This document shows, piece after piece, positions 44,968 to 58,899 of a stretch of 63,824 nucleotides of DNA. Position numbers and translations under genes: made by a program. The stretch spans positions 105,276,177-105,340,000 of the forward strand of contig CM097883.1 of the NCBI GenBank assembly GCA_044892505.1, in the 5' to 3' direction. Every line of letters starts with the position of its first letter. Positions within the stretch are counted from its first letter, which is position 1. The notes beneath the pieces were generated by a model. It made no database searches. It was not told the origin of the DNA and saw only the letters and a list, made by a program, of their open reading frames with translations. This stretch comes from Schmidtea nova (taxonomy: Eukaryota).

Positions 44968-45370
44968 AATTAAAAGCAATTTCATAAAATCAATAAAGCA
45001 TACACCAAAAGTCATAAATTAAGGGCCAGACTTAACTTAGTCAAATAAATTTTTCGATAAATTTATCCAGATGAAAATCCAAAATTTCTTTTCAAGGTAT
45101 TTTAAATAAAAATTCTTTACAGTTTTATTATATACAATCATGACAATTTAAAGGGGGGTTTATCGGATATTATAAACTTCGTAAATTTTATTTACTTTTA
45201 ATATATAAATAATAGATAAATTACGGAGGCACTACAATATTTTTTAAACTAAGATAAAATGAAAATAACTGTAAAATTCCATGTTCTATAGTCGTTGCCG
45301 TTTTCTAATGCCTCGGTGGCGATTTGAAACTTTAAAATTAAATTTTTAGCTAAAGTTTTAATACAATTTT

Positions 45371-45600
45371 GTGGGTTGTTGACCGTCAATATGACCTTGA
45401 CGTTGTTATGGCTCACATCAACAACTCAACATACAAAACATTAGTTTAACCATCTTGTTGTCCGTCACAATGTTACGTTGGTAATGCAACAAATGGGTGG
45501 ATATTCGCAATCAGTGAGCGTCGAAAAATTCGAAACTATGATTGACCAAATATCTCCTGGGTCCAAGGGCTACCGATAGAAGGTTTAATGCCAATTTGTC
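45371..45600 (+). repeat. Dispersed repeat family, copy B
   Basis: Similar to 8016-8250. Confidence 0.8.
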
Positions 45601-46234
45601 CCTTATTCAACATTAACCTTGTGATTTACTGTGAAAATTTAAACGATGATTACAAGAAAAGAGAATCATGTCACTGTAATTTGTTTCAAAATTCTATGGC
45701 GAGTTATTATTGAGCGGTTCAATTGAAGTTAACTGATATAAAATGTTTTTATTATTTACTAGAATTTCGTAATTTATTTATTTTCATTTAATATTCTCAA
45801 ACAAACATGACATCAGTCATCACATTTGGTCGCCATTTCTTTGGGCGAACAATGGATGGTTCGGCGAACTCCATTTTAGATTGCACCGCCACTACGATTC
45901 CAGCGTCTATTTTTAATTTGGCTATTTCGGTGTCCCGCTGCCTGACTACCATCTTTACCGCGCGCAATTGGAGCGCATATTCGGAGCGCATATTGCTCCT
46001 GCAAGATGCGATTCTGTTCGTTCCGTCATCACGCGGAGTTCTGCATAAACGAGTTTCTTCTCCTCCTCCATTTCGCATTCGCGGGCTGTCAGATGACGCA
46101 TACTACTGTGTATCCCCGTCACTTGCACCATCATCTGATCGATTTTTTATTCCATTTTTATAAACAAACAGGCACAAATTATTAATAATTATCCCTTCAA
46201 TTTCTCATCACATGCGTATTCATTTTTATCAAAC

Positions 46235-46370
46235 ATTAACCATTTGTTCAACATCACCACTCATTGTGAGTGGCAACAAGATGGTTAAGCTAATGTTTTG
46301 TGTTGAGTTGTTAATGTGAGCCATAGCAAAGTCAAGGTCCTATTGACGATCAACAACTCACCATGACCTA
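46235..46370 (-). repeat. Dispersed repeat family, partial inverted copy C
   Basis: Reverse complement of the 5' half of copy A/B. Confidence 0.7.
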
Positions 46371-47497
46371 TATATGATATATACACGTACAGTTTATTTT
46401 ATATAAAATATGACCTTAATATTTAATTTCATGGTCACCATAGAAACTATAATACACCAACAGTCTGTAATTAAGGGCCAGAAGACACTTAATACAAGCA
46501 GTTGGTATTTATTATTACTTATTATTTAATTATTTTTTGAAATTTAATTTTTTAGCTGCATTTAAGTTATTTTAGCATATTTTAAATTTATTTAATATTT
46601 TAAGTTAAATACCAATTTATTTTATCTAGATATTTTTTAGATATTTATGAATTACAGAAAAAAGTAAGTCTTTATAATTTTATTAGCTTATCTTTTAAAC
46701 ATTTGGATATTGTTTTGTGTATACATTGCAGCTAATTGTATCCAAGAAGTTTTTCATTTCTTCCAAAGTAATCCAATAATTGTGGTCCACACAATCAATT
46801 CATTGTATTCCATTTTCTTCAATTATTAGGCTAACATTTTATCTGCCTCTTTTCCCTGCTGTAAGAATGCCAGTTTTTTCTACCTCGACCCTATGTCTAA
46901 TAATTTTAGGTTCAAAACCCATTTGCCTGCCGAATTCTTTATAATTTTCACGCCGTTTCATTACTTCTTTTAGTAATCTTTTGTCATGTTCAGATTATCT
47001 ATAAAACTTTAAGTTAAAAATTCAAATTTGTTTTACGTTTTTCGATGTTTTTTTGATTCGATTTTTTGACCTAGTTTATTTTTATTATTTTCTATAGTAT
47101 AGGCCCGTAATTTATGACCATGCTTTTTTCTTTGTCCTAATCTGCAGTATGTATGTATACTTTTTCTATATATAAAATAATTTGTTATTATAGATACTTT
47201 AAATTTTGCCAGTCTGGACCTTAATTTATGCGCTTTGGTGTATTACCTTGGAAAACAATGACTTAACAAAAATTGACCTACTTTTTCTAGACTGCGTATT
47301 GTTCTGGACCTAGCATAACTACCTACTCACAAATAAACCATGTTACATATAACACAGATCCGAGAACCATTTTATTTTTTTAAATTCAATTAAAAGCACA
47401 AAACAAATCAATGATTTTATTTAAAAAATTAAAAATATATTTTTTAATATTAATTAAAAAGATATTCCATTTGAAAAATCAAACTGTTATTATAAAT

Positions 47498-48235
47498 TTA
47501 AAATCGCCCTGGATTACTGAGAGCTTTGTCGAGGAATTTCTTTTTCGAAAAGCACATCCACCACTAAATCGATAACATTAATGCGGAATATCACAATTTA
47601 CTCGATTTACTTTACTAGGTGGCTCACTAGCCGAGCCTGGAAATATTTTCTCAATGATTCGTGCCGACATTTCCTGCCGTAATTGCTGCATATATGATTT
47701 CAATTTCTCTCGTTCATTGTTATCTTTGGGTTTTAGATAGAAATTGGAGAGTTCCTGGGGGAATCCCGGATCTCCGGGCATGCTGAAATTAGCAATGCCT
47801 AATGAATTTAGTTCTTTTTCTCCCTGCGAGCGGTTGCTACACTTTTGAATGAGCTTCAAGCATTCGATAATATAGAGAACGAGATACATTAACACTCGAT
47901 CAGCATCTGACTAAAATATAAACAATCAATCAGATGAATATAATCAATATTAATAATATTTTCATTACCTGAATTTCGAAATTTTTAAAAAATACTAGAG
48001 ATTTAAATAAATAAATAGCTTCGTCAATAATGTCTTGTGCATTTTGGTCTAATATTGAAGTAAAACTTGTAGATAAATAATAATATATTTACCCATCTGA
48101 GTTGGTGCAGGACCTCTAAATTTAGTTTTTAATGGTAGTAGAGCCATACTGCATATTGATGTGCCAAATTCCGTAAACTCAGAATGATAGGCCTAAAATT
48201 AAGTAAAAATCATAAATTATAACAAATAATACCAT
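47498..48235 (-). CDS. ARPC3: Actin-related protein 2/3 complex subunit 3 (p21-Arc); exons 48235-48233, 48192-48093, 48048-47969, 47910-47611, 47563-47498
   Basis: Spliced product M|AYHSEF...MALLPLKTKFRGPAP...DIIDEAIYLFK..VFFKNFEIQ|SDADRVL...PGDPGFP...YMQQLRQE...PSK|WWMCFSKKKF; GT-AG introns 40-58 nt; first exon is the least certain. Confidence 0.95.
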
Positions 48236-48804
48236 TGAAATTTAAAAATTCAGGAAATGATTGATAATTTAAATCGTTCTTAAATTAATTGTATAACATT
48301 AAAACACAGAATTTAAAGTAAAATAATAATAAAAATAATTCATATTAATTTACAATAGTTATTATGTTTTCGTTTTTCGATAAAAATATATGAATTTTTT
48401 TAAAGAAAACCAATTTTTTTTGGCTTGGCCTGTCAAGTGTTGATGATGTGTTTTAATATTTTAATTATCCAAATTAGTGAAATTAAAATTTCTTATTTGT
48501 GATAATCTGGGAAAAAACAAGAAATAACACGAGGGGTAGTCTGAATGAAGGTACTAGTTTCTTATCTTAAAAACAAGAAGCAATTTAATTTTCAGAATAA
48601 CTGATTTTATGCTGGGATTATGACGGACTTAACGTTGATGGGTTACTAGTTTGTAAAAATTTGTCATAGGGTTACCCTAGCTTCCACACAATTATTTTTA
48701 CTAATGACTAACCGTCACTAATCAACTTGGGAATGTAGTCTAGTGGGTGGATTTTCGCAAAAAAGGAGTGTCATTTCCAGAACTATAATTATCGAATATC
48801 ACGT

Positions 48805-49040
48805 GGTGTGTTGTTGATAGTCAATATCACCTTGACTGTTACTATGGCTAAAAATATCAACTACTCAATATATAAAACATTAGTTAACCATCTTGCTACC
48901 CGCTACAGTGTAACGTTGGTACTATAACAAATGGACGGACATTCGCAAAAAGTGAGCGTCAAATGAATCAAAACTATATATGACTGAATATCGAGAGTGG
49001 GTTCAAGGGTGACCGATATAAGTTGCTTTACCCATTTAAT
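48805..49040 (+). repeat. Dispersed repeat family, copy D (more diverged)
   Basis: Similar to 8016-8250. Confidence 0.7.
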
Positions 49041-50849
49041 TCCTATACTCAATCTGAATTCTCAAACTATTTACTAAGATTCTTATAAAGGCTAAGATGA
49101 AACGAACTTTATAAAGGTATTATTAATTGTGATGTTCGCTATTTTGTGTGATTTTTTTGTTTACTTGTAACTTATATCCCCCTGTGATGTTCGCTTTTTT
49201 GTGTGATTTTTTTGTTTACTTGTAACTTATATCCCCCTTTTTTGTTGTTAATTTTTAAGTTAAATTTTGCATTAGAAATTTGAATTTGGCTTGCTATAGC
49301 AAATTGCTATCGTAAGCCAAATTAAAAATAAAAAAATCGATTTCTAACAAAAAAAATTAATTACAAGATTATGCTAATAAATGAAGGTTTCTGTCAATTT
49401 CTTTTGGGATAACTTTATAGAGTAAAAAAATATTTTCTAGTCCTGGAATTTGAGGAAATAAATTTTCTTACTGGGCTCCTGTCGTACAACCAATTATCAA
49501 TTGTTTTCCATTCTGAAATTTCGAATTACCCTATCACTATAAGCGACGGGGGTGGATTCTGTCATAGCCTACGAATCAGTTATTCACCAAGTCAATTCCC
49601 AAAGAAATATTTCCACCGATAATAAAGATTCAATTAAAGATTTGTTACTTATCCAAGAGGATTGAAAAGTAAATTACAAAGACAATTAAAGTAACTTTTC
49701 AAGGTTTGGTGCTCATTTAAAAACATTTTTTTCTGAATATAACTTTTTAAAATAATTAATTTGTTATATTATTTTGTTGTTATTTGGTTACAGCATTCAC
49801 AAATACACACACACCCAGGCACACAAAAATATAAAAACTCACCCCAAGTGTCTCCACATAACTTTCGGAAGACTCTCTTGAGCTCTGCCACTTCTTTCAT
49901 ACAATACACTATATCTCAACCTAAATAAATACATAAATACCAATAGAAAAATATTGTATACCATCATTAATTAATAAATAATTAATCAACAAAATAATTG
50001 CTTAAAGATTTATTAAATATTTCATACAACTAGACGTCATTACAAATTGTTAACACATCGAATTCGATCATGATGAACATATAAAAACGTCAATAAAACA
50101 TTCGTAATTATTTCCATGTATATACAGTACACCCATAAACAAAACAGAAGTATTAAAATCATTGTCTGACAACTGTTGAACTTTTCAGGATTCTCGAAAA
50201 ATTTAGTTCCTACTTTTTGTCTTACGAACCCTCGTTTAAATTGTGAATCGAGTTGGCTTATCTGATGTGCCTGAAAACAAAACAAATTCTATTACTATGT
50301 TTGACCCCCATGCTCCGCAATGTTCGGCAAATTACAGAAAACACAAACAGGTTTCAGATATTTATTCCGCTTGAGGATTATTCCCAGACAACCTTTGTTA
50401 CAACTGAATTTGGAACATTTTTCGACAATAGACAACATTCGCTAAATCATTGCAAATCAACACCTGAAATTACCAAATTGATATATCGATTTATTCCTGT
50501 TGTTTCTATGCTTCACTTTTCAGTGAGTTTTCTCCCAAAAATTTTGTTTGCCCTTTCATAGTTGAAAAATCACTAAAACAAATTAAATTTTTCTATTTAT
50601 CCCGCGCCTCTGGGTATCGTTGCGTTCGTATTGGGATTTTACTATTGATCCACTTATTATTAATTTCTATCTGGGTCAAGAATATGTAAACAATAATTAT
50701 TAACGAAATTTGAAAGTATTGTGTATTTCTATTTTAAAAAGATTTATTTAAATTTGAACCATATCGAGGTAAAATAAAAAGTTACTGAAATTATTACAAA
50801 AGGATATAAGACAAACTGCGGGGCCAGAGGCTGTAAGACGTTTGAAGAG

Positions 50850-51350
50850 ACAATTGAAGTAAAAATTTATGCGAAAGTTTTAGAAAATCAATGAAGCCAA
50901 CAGCAGTAATTAGAGAGAAAGTAGTAAACTCTAACATTATTAATCAATAGCAACCTCTCAAAAGGGGAAGGGATTTCAATTATTTGGATAATAGCGACAA
51001 TTACAGCATAACAGACAGTCAACGTACAAATCCCGAATAATAAATTAATATTGTGAAGATTGCCAATGACTGGGACACTATCCAAACAATTGTTACAGAC
51101 AACGCGAATGTTGAAACTGCAAAGTTAAATGACACATCGCAAGTGTATGCAAGGTTCCGAAGAAATGCTATATATGTAGACGAGAATGAAATGTTAAAAG
51201 TAACTGCCAAGAAGGAGGAAGCACCAAAAATTCAATAATAGAACAATTTCAGGTTGGGAGAGACGATATACAAAAAACATTTGCTACCTTAACAGAAGCG
51301 ATATAGCAAATAAGTATAATTCAACAGCAACCAAAAATAAACAAACTTAC
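50850..51350 (+). pseudogene. Possible hAT transposase relic
   Basis: IANDWDTIQTIVTDNANV resembles the hAT W...IVTDNA.N block; nothing else firm. Confidence 0.35.
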
Positions 51351-54300
51351 ATCTGTAGAAAGTGTCGAGGTTCCAAGAATCTCAACTTGATGAACTTATA
51401 TAAATAAATAAGTTAAAGACTGGTTCTTTTCTAAACTTTATTTAAATTATAACAATTTACAAATTTGATAAAANNNNNNNNNNNNNNNNNNNNNNNNNNN
51501 NNNNNNNNNNNNNNNNNNNNNNNNNNNNNNNNNNNNNNNNNNNNNNNNNNNNNNNNNNNNNNNNNNNNNNNNNNNNNNNNNNNNNNNNNNNNNNNNNNNN
51601 NNNNNATATATGTATAGATGCGTGTGTGTGTGTGAATATTTGCAGCTTCCTGAGCTCGGATGTGTAAATAGGTATGCTCAAATTATGTTGTAATATCAAT
51701 TTATTGAATTTACAAGTCTTCTTTAAAGCTTTTGATTTTTGGGTGGCTTGACTGAGAAATCAGTCCGTATATATAGTAAAATCTTTAATCTCTCTGTCAA
51801 AACATTTTATTTGCCCATTATGCGGTTTACTCAGCGAAATTTCCCTTATTTTAAAGTACAATACGTAATTCCTATTTTTAGTATCATCCCTTTTCCCAGA
51901 ATCCCTGAGGTTAATAATTTGGTTTTCTATATTTAGTCGATATTTATGTATCGCCAGTTACATTAATTTTTATATCTATTGCCTCTAATTATCTTTTATC
52001 AATATTATATAATTTTTTGTTTTAATTGTCATATTATATACTTTATAATTCAATCTGTATTATTTTATTATTTATTTATATAAATGAAAGATATGAAATT
52101 TATCATATTTTACGAATAATGTAATTTTTTGTCATACGTGGAATATTAAAAATTCAAATTTTCAAAAAGCCAAAAGATTTGATTGCAAGACAAAATTGAA
52201 TTCACAAAAGATAAAATTAAATTAACAAAGTTTTTTAATTCAAGAATTTTATTTGAAATCATTAGTTGATGAAATTTTTGAAATATTAAGGAATGCATTA
52301 AGAAATTTATCCACTGCATTGCAGTTTGCTTTTAATTGGGTTTTACCCACATCTTCATTTGGGGGTTAAAAATTATTTAAATAAAATCGAAATTTATATT
52401 TTTAATTAAAAAAATGTATATTTTATATTTTGCACTTTTTAGTGCATTTTTGTTAATAAGCACTTAGTGCTTTTGTTTATTTTTGTTCAAATAAAAATTT
52501 GAACATTTGGTTAATGGGTTTTTTCTTGAGCACTAAGTGCTCGCTTTGTTTACTTTCCTTTTTAGGAAAAAATGAGNNNNNNNNNNNNNNNNNNNNNNNN
52601 NNNNNNNNNNNNNNNNNNNNNNNNNNNNNNNNNNNNNNNNNNNNNNNNNNNNNNNNNNNNNNNNNNNNNNNNNNNNNNNNNNNNNNNNNNNNNNNNNNNN
52701 NNNNNNNNNNNNNNNNNNNNNNNNNNNNNNNNNNNNNNNNNNNNNNNNNNNNNNNNNNNNNNNNNNNNNNNNNNNNNNNNNNNNNNNNNNNNNNNNNNNN
52801 NNNNNNNNNNNNNNNNNNNNNNNNNNNNNNNNNNNNNNNNNNNNNNNNNNNNNNNNNNNNNNNNNNNNNNNNNNNNNNNNNNNNNNNNNNNNNNNNNNNN
52901 NNNNNNNNNNNNNNNNNNNNNNNNNNNNNNNNNNNNNAAAAAAAATTTAATTTATTTTATTTGCAAATATTTTATTAAAATTAATATAACTAATAAAATT
53001 AGTTTATTTAATCAGATTGATTGAATTTATATTTATCTATTTAGTGATGAATTCTTTTTTAATATTATTTGTTATTTCCCTTGTCTATCTATTTAAAAAA
53101 AATACATCAACAAATAAAATCAATTAATCATATAACTATATCATCAATTATCAAAACCAATAAAGTAAAAGAAAATGTTATCACAATCAAATGTAGTTCA
53201 TCAAGTCAAATTATTATCATTGTTGGCCTGGGTTCTGATTGTTGTTATCCACATACACATTTAGTCTGCACTTAGTTGCCCCTATTGTATAATTTTCATC
53301 TATCTCAAAATTTTCGACTATCTTCCCTGTATCTAACACTACTCCCTGGGGCGTCAAGGTTTTGTCCTCATAACCTTTTTTAACATAAAATATGTTTATT
53401 TCATTCCCATCTAAAATCACTGTTATTTTCTTTACATCGCTATTATATGTGACAGTGATTTCTGACATGGGTTCTTCTATTGTGATTTGAGGTTCTGGTC
53501 CTAATTCATGTTCTTCCATTGGCTCAATTTCTTCTACTTCCGAATTAGAGTTATCTTCCTCTATTGTTATGATTTCAAATGTTGGTTTCGTATTTCCGTC
53601 CGATGTGGAACAATTTTCTTTATATGTTTTCTTCGTTATTGTTTTCATCCCATTGTCAACAGCTTTTTCCCATTCAGTTTCTGTGAGTAAGTATAGTAGA
53701 CGAACTATTAAGCAAGTTTCACCAACATTAAAAGGTTCTGGTTTTAATCATATATCATTAAGTTTTTTGTTTCTCTTCAGATCATTTGTATTCTTAATAA
53801 TCTGAAATGCTAAATTTGATAATTTAATCCTGTCTTCCGGAACATTATTGACGAATGTTTTCATATATTCGGTGTTCGAGAGTTCTCTTACTCCCATAAT
53901 ATCATCCAGATCTATTGTGACACTTTTCAGTTTTTTCATAATGTCGAAACCTACTATTATTTTTCCATAGAGGTGTTTCTTGATTTCTAACAATGCTATA
54001 AATTTGTCCATATTGCCTATAATATTTTCTCTGGTAGCCATTGTGATTTCTTGAAAGAATCTTTGTATTTTTTCTCTTGGGGTAATTTTACTTTGAAATA
54101 GTGTGTCTCCTTTGTAGTTTCTAATACATACATCTACTGGTCTGTACTCTTTATTAAAATCTTGTACCGCTTTTATGTCTACAAAGGTTATTTTTCCTTG
54201 TCTTTCTTCGGGTGTTAGTGTTTGCTTCGTGAAAGGTATTTTTTTTCTACGAATATGTTATCCATTCTAATGTCTGACCAAATGGGTTCTAATTTTTTAA

Positions 54301-54873
54301 AGGGATTTTCTATTGTGGGTACATATAATATTTCAATTGCAATTACACATGGCATATTGTGTAATTGTATAATGATATTGTTGAATGCTGCAGACATTTT
54401 ACGTTCTCTAAGAGTTTTAAATATTATTGATGTATTGTTTGCAGTTCCTAATACTTTATCGTTGTGTTTTACTGATATTGTTGTTTTGGTAGTATGAATT
54501 ACTATTCTATGGGGAATTTTGATGCCTTCTCTTGCATCTCTATCGGCATCTTTTGACTTTCTTCAAAACTACCTATAATTTCTTTTAATTTAAATCTTCT
54601 TGATGAGTTGAATTTTACGATGATCATTTATCTTCTATATCTACTTTTAATGCAGTTGGTATGCATACCTGATTCGGTAACTTTCTTAGTGTAATTTCTT
54701 CATCATCTGTGTGAATGCAATTTTGAATGGTCTTATAAAATGCTGTGTGGTGTTTGTATGTGGTGCATGTGTATGTGCATGTGGATATTTTTGAGCTTGA
54801 CTGATTGTTTGAGGCTAATTGGTTCATTGATTGGATTGTTGGTTGATCTATTCTAAAAATAAAATATGACATG

Positions 54874-55200
54874 TTATGATTTTGTTTTTATTATTTCACA
54901 TTGGGTCTTTTTCAAATGCCATATCGGTGTTTCTACACAGATATAATAGTTAGTGTCGGGTTTTAAATTTGTGTATCTGTCGATATATTTATTTTCGTTA
55001 TTTTTCGTCTTTTGTATAACTTTTGAATTATTAATAAATTTTAAGTATGATTGAATCCTTGGGTTCCTATTTAGATTAATAATTGTGATTTTATCATGTT
55101 CTCTTATTATTTTTATATCCTTGTTATTAATTGTATTTGCATTAGCTATATTAAATATAATGAGGGTGATTATTGATATCATTAATATACTTTGTGGTTG
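54874..55200 (-). pseudogene. Signal-like segment + FN3 domain after integrase (second element)
   Basis: ILMISIITLIIFNIANA; YTNLKPDTNYYICVE...CEIIKT. Confidence 0.65.
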
Positions 55201-55294
55201 TGATCTTAAGTTGTATTTATGTGGTTTTATTATTGGTAGTTCATCTTCTGCAAGTTTACATCGATTGACGTGCACAACAATTGGATCCTCGTTC

Positions 55295-56667
55295 TTATTT
55301 TTTTGTATATGTAAATTTTCGTTGATCACTTTTAATGACTTCGAATGGGCCTTTAAATGGTCTTGCCAATTTTGTCGTCTTTCCTTTGCATACTTGTGGT
55401 GACATTATTCTAACTTTATCCCCTATTTTAAAATTATAGGGTTTAGCTGTTTTGTCATATTCATCTTTGTATTGTTCTTGACGGAATTTGACTTTTAGAT
55501 TAGTTATTTTATATACTTCTTGTAACCTTTCTTGCATTAGCGTAACATAATCTGGTGTATCTAAATATTGTGATATTTTTGGTTCAAAGACCGTGTTAAT
55601 TGGCATTATTGGTTCCCTTAAATACATCAAATAGTATGGTGAATATCCAGTTGTTTCATTTGGTGTGATGTTGTGGATATAAGTACATTGGTTTATATAT
55701 TCATCCCAGTTGTTTTGATTTTTATTTACAAAAACTGATAGTCTATTCAATAATGTACCATTGAATCTTTCTACTAGTCCATCTGTTTGAGGGTGGTATG
55801 CTGTTGTATTTATTTTTTGTATATTAGAAATATTAGCTATTCTAGAGATTGTTTCGCTCATAAAATTTCTTCCTTTATCGGTGAGTAATTTTCTTGGTGT
55901 GCCTAACTTAAATATATTTTTTCCCGTTAATAGCTTAGCTACTGTTTCCACTGTTTCATCTTTTGTTGGAAAAGCTTCTGCCCACTTTGTGAAATAATCA
56001 CTAAAAACCAATATGTGTTTATTACCGTTTATTGTAGTGGGTAATTTGCATAGAAAGTTCCATAGGAAAGTTCCATAGGAAAGTTCCATAGGAGCTGTTG
56101 TTACGGGTATTGGACGAAGTGGTGCTCTTGTTTTAGTACCTGTATTTCTTCTAGTAGTACATATAGTGCATGCTTTACCATCATTTTTTAAGTTTTCCCA
56201 GTAATATTTTTGTAATTGTCTATTTGCTGTTTTTCTGGCTGATAAGTGACCTCCTAGTGCTCCATCATGATATTGCAATAAAAGTATTTGTCTTAATTTT
56301 TGAGGGACTATAATGAGTTTATTCCCTGTCGTATTTTCTATTATTAGTAAATTTTTATCGATTTTATATTTCTGGTTTTTTCCCTTTTTAACTTCATCTC
56401 TTATTTTTGATAAATCAGGATCGTTCATTTGTTCTTCATATATATGTATAGGGTTTTCTGCAACTATTGAGAATACTTCTAGAGCACTTAATTCTGGTAT
56501 ACGAGATAATGCATCTGCATTCTTATTTATTCTGCCAGGTTTATAGATAATTTTAATTTGCATATCTTGAATCTTCATTGCCCATTTTAATAATCTACTT
56601 GAAGTATCTTTATGCTTCCATAACCCTTCTAATGGTTTGTGATCGGTTCTTATTATTACTTCTGATC

Positions 56668-56746
<79 letters not shown>

Positions 56747-57760
56747 CTTGAACTGTTTTAACGCAAACATAATAGCAAAACATTCTTTTTCTATCGTCGA
56801 ATATCTGATTTCAGCATTCTTTAACGTTTTGCTTGCATATGCGATGACGTAGTCTTTTCCCTTTTCCTCTTCTTGGCCTAAGACTGCTCCTACGGCTTTC
56901 CCGCTGGCATCTGTCATAATGATAAATTGTTTAGTAAAATCAGGGTATCTAAGTATTGGTGCAGTCACTAATCTTTCTTTCATTTGTTCAAAGGAACTTT
57001 GTTGTCTTTGAGTCCACAATTTTTGTGGTTTTTCGTTAATTTTATTTAATTTTTGGACTATCTGTGTTTTTCTCCCATCTTCATTTGTTTTTACTCCTTT
57101 TGTTAATTTAATTAATGGAGCTGCTATTTTAGCATAATTTTCGATAAATTTTCGATAATAGCTTGTTAGGCCTAAAAATCCTTGTACTTCCTTAACTGAT
57201 TTTGGTATTGGAAATTGTTGTACTGTTTTTATTTTGTCTGGATTTGGGATTATGCCTTCTACTGAGACAATATGTCCCCATTTACACTTTGTAGGTTTTA
57301 TTTTTATTTTTGATTTTCTAAATCTTTCTAATACATTCTTTATATTTTCTAGATGTTCTTCGAATGTTTTTGATGCTATCAGTACATCATCCATATATAC
57401 TGCGCAATGTTGTACATCTATCAATATCGTATTCATTAGCCTTTGAAATGTTGCGGGTGCATTTACCATTCCAAATGGTAGTCTTAAAAATTCATATAGC
57501 TCGTTTTCGATCACAAATGCTGATTTTTCGATATCTCCTTCTTCTATTTGGATTTGCATATATCCTTTGTTAGCATCTATGACCGTAAAATATTTAGCGC
57601 CTCTTAGTTTATCGTATTGTTCTTGTGCCTTTGGAAATGGATATAAGTCTTTTGTTGTTACTTCGTTTAATTTTCTATAATCGATACACATTCTAATTTC
57701 GCCATCTTTCTTTCTAACTGGTACTATTGGTGAAGCCTATTGTGAGAAACTTTGTCTAAT
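55295..57760 (-). pseudogene. pol: RT-RNase H-integrase of second element
   Basis: 798-aa ORF with canonical motifs, internal deletions, (TA)n expansion, upstream SQ*ASPIV stop. Confidence 0.92.
56670..56744. repeat. (TA)n inside RNase H coding region
   Basis: Translates as KQY(IY)nRSEVIIRTDHKPL, frame preserved. Confidence 0.95.
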
Positions 57761-58899
57761 TACTCCTGCCCCTTTTAGTTCATTTATTTGTCTCTTTATT
57801 TCTTCTCGAAGTTTATATGGTGTTACATAGAGTCGTTGTTATATTGGTCTAGCGTTCCTTGTATCAATTACATGTTTAATGATATCCGTGTCTCCTAGAT
57901 CAAATTCGTGCTTTGCAAAAACATCATTATATCTATCAATTAATATCTGCAATAATTTTTGTTGAACCTTGTCCAGATATTCGTTATTTATTGTAATCTT
58001 TTCGTAAAATTTAATGTCATTCGGTTTAATTGTATCTTCAAGGTTGTTACTTTCTATACTTATCTCGCCAATATCATATTTATATTTTGATAATTGACCT
58101 AATTTTGTACCTTTATGAATTTTTATTTTTCTGTTTTCGAAATTGGCAATTCGAATTGAGATTATACCCTTTTTGGGTATTACACATTCGTCTGTTAGCA
58201 TTATCTTTCTATTTTCTGTAATCGTTGTGTTGGGTTCGAAAATAAATATGTCATCCCTTTGAATATTAACTTTTAAAGGTATAATATTATCGCTTTCATA
58301 TTCTAGTTCAAATTCTTCTATCGCGCTTACTTCTATCGGCTTTTTTAAAACTTTTGTTTATCTTTCTTTTTATTTTGTTATCTGATAAATCTATGATTCT
58401 TTAATTTTTTCAGAATATCTATGCCAAGAATAAATTTCCTTTGACATATATCTGCTACTCGGAACACATGATCTATGGTCTGATTTTCAAAGTATACTGT
58501 AAGTTTTACGTTTCCTTTAAATAGGTATAGTGTGTGAAGAAAGTGACAATAATTCATCATTTGTTGATGTGATATTTTGAAGTTGTTTTTCTGTTAGTAG
58601 ATCTTCTTCTATCAATGATGCAGCGGCACCGGTATCTACTAGCGCATTTAGTATTTGATTGTTTATCGTTATTTGGGTTCTTGGCCTCATGTCGTTCGCT
58701 TCTTCTCTTTCTTCTAGTCCATAACATCCGTATACTTTATTATGTTTTCGTATCAGCGTGTGGGTGTAATAATCTCTTAAAGGTATATTAGTTTCGATTT
58801 CATTGCCTAGATTTCTTAATTGATCCATGTGTATAGTATATGGTCCTCCTTGCGTTGGTTCCGTGTGATCGAATTCTTCCGTATGATTATTTTCTTGAT

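Larger units (their letters stand above)
45003..47240 (-). mobile_element. Decayed Tc1/mariner-type element(s)
   Basis: 30-bp TIRs 45003-45032 and 47211-47240 (26/30) each flanked by TA; extra left TIR at 46455; relic FLQQ...LIVW...LLWKKMK on the minus strand ~46750-46900. Confidence 0.6.

Noticed and set aside
45797-46163. Overlapping 93-aa and 118-aa ORFs as a host gene
   Set aside because: No recognisable domain or splice structure, upstream stops; kept only as a low-interest island
50040-50561. Short ORFs as host exons
   Set aside because: No motif or consistent splice pattern found
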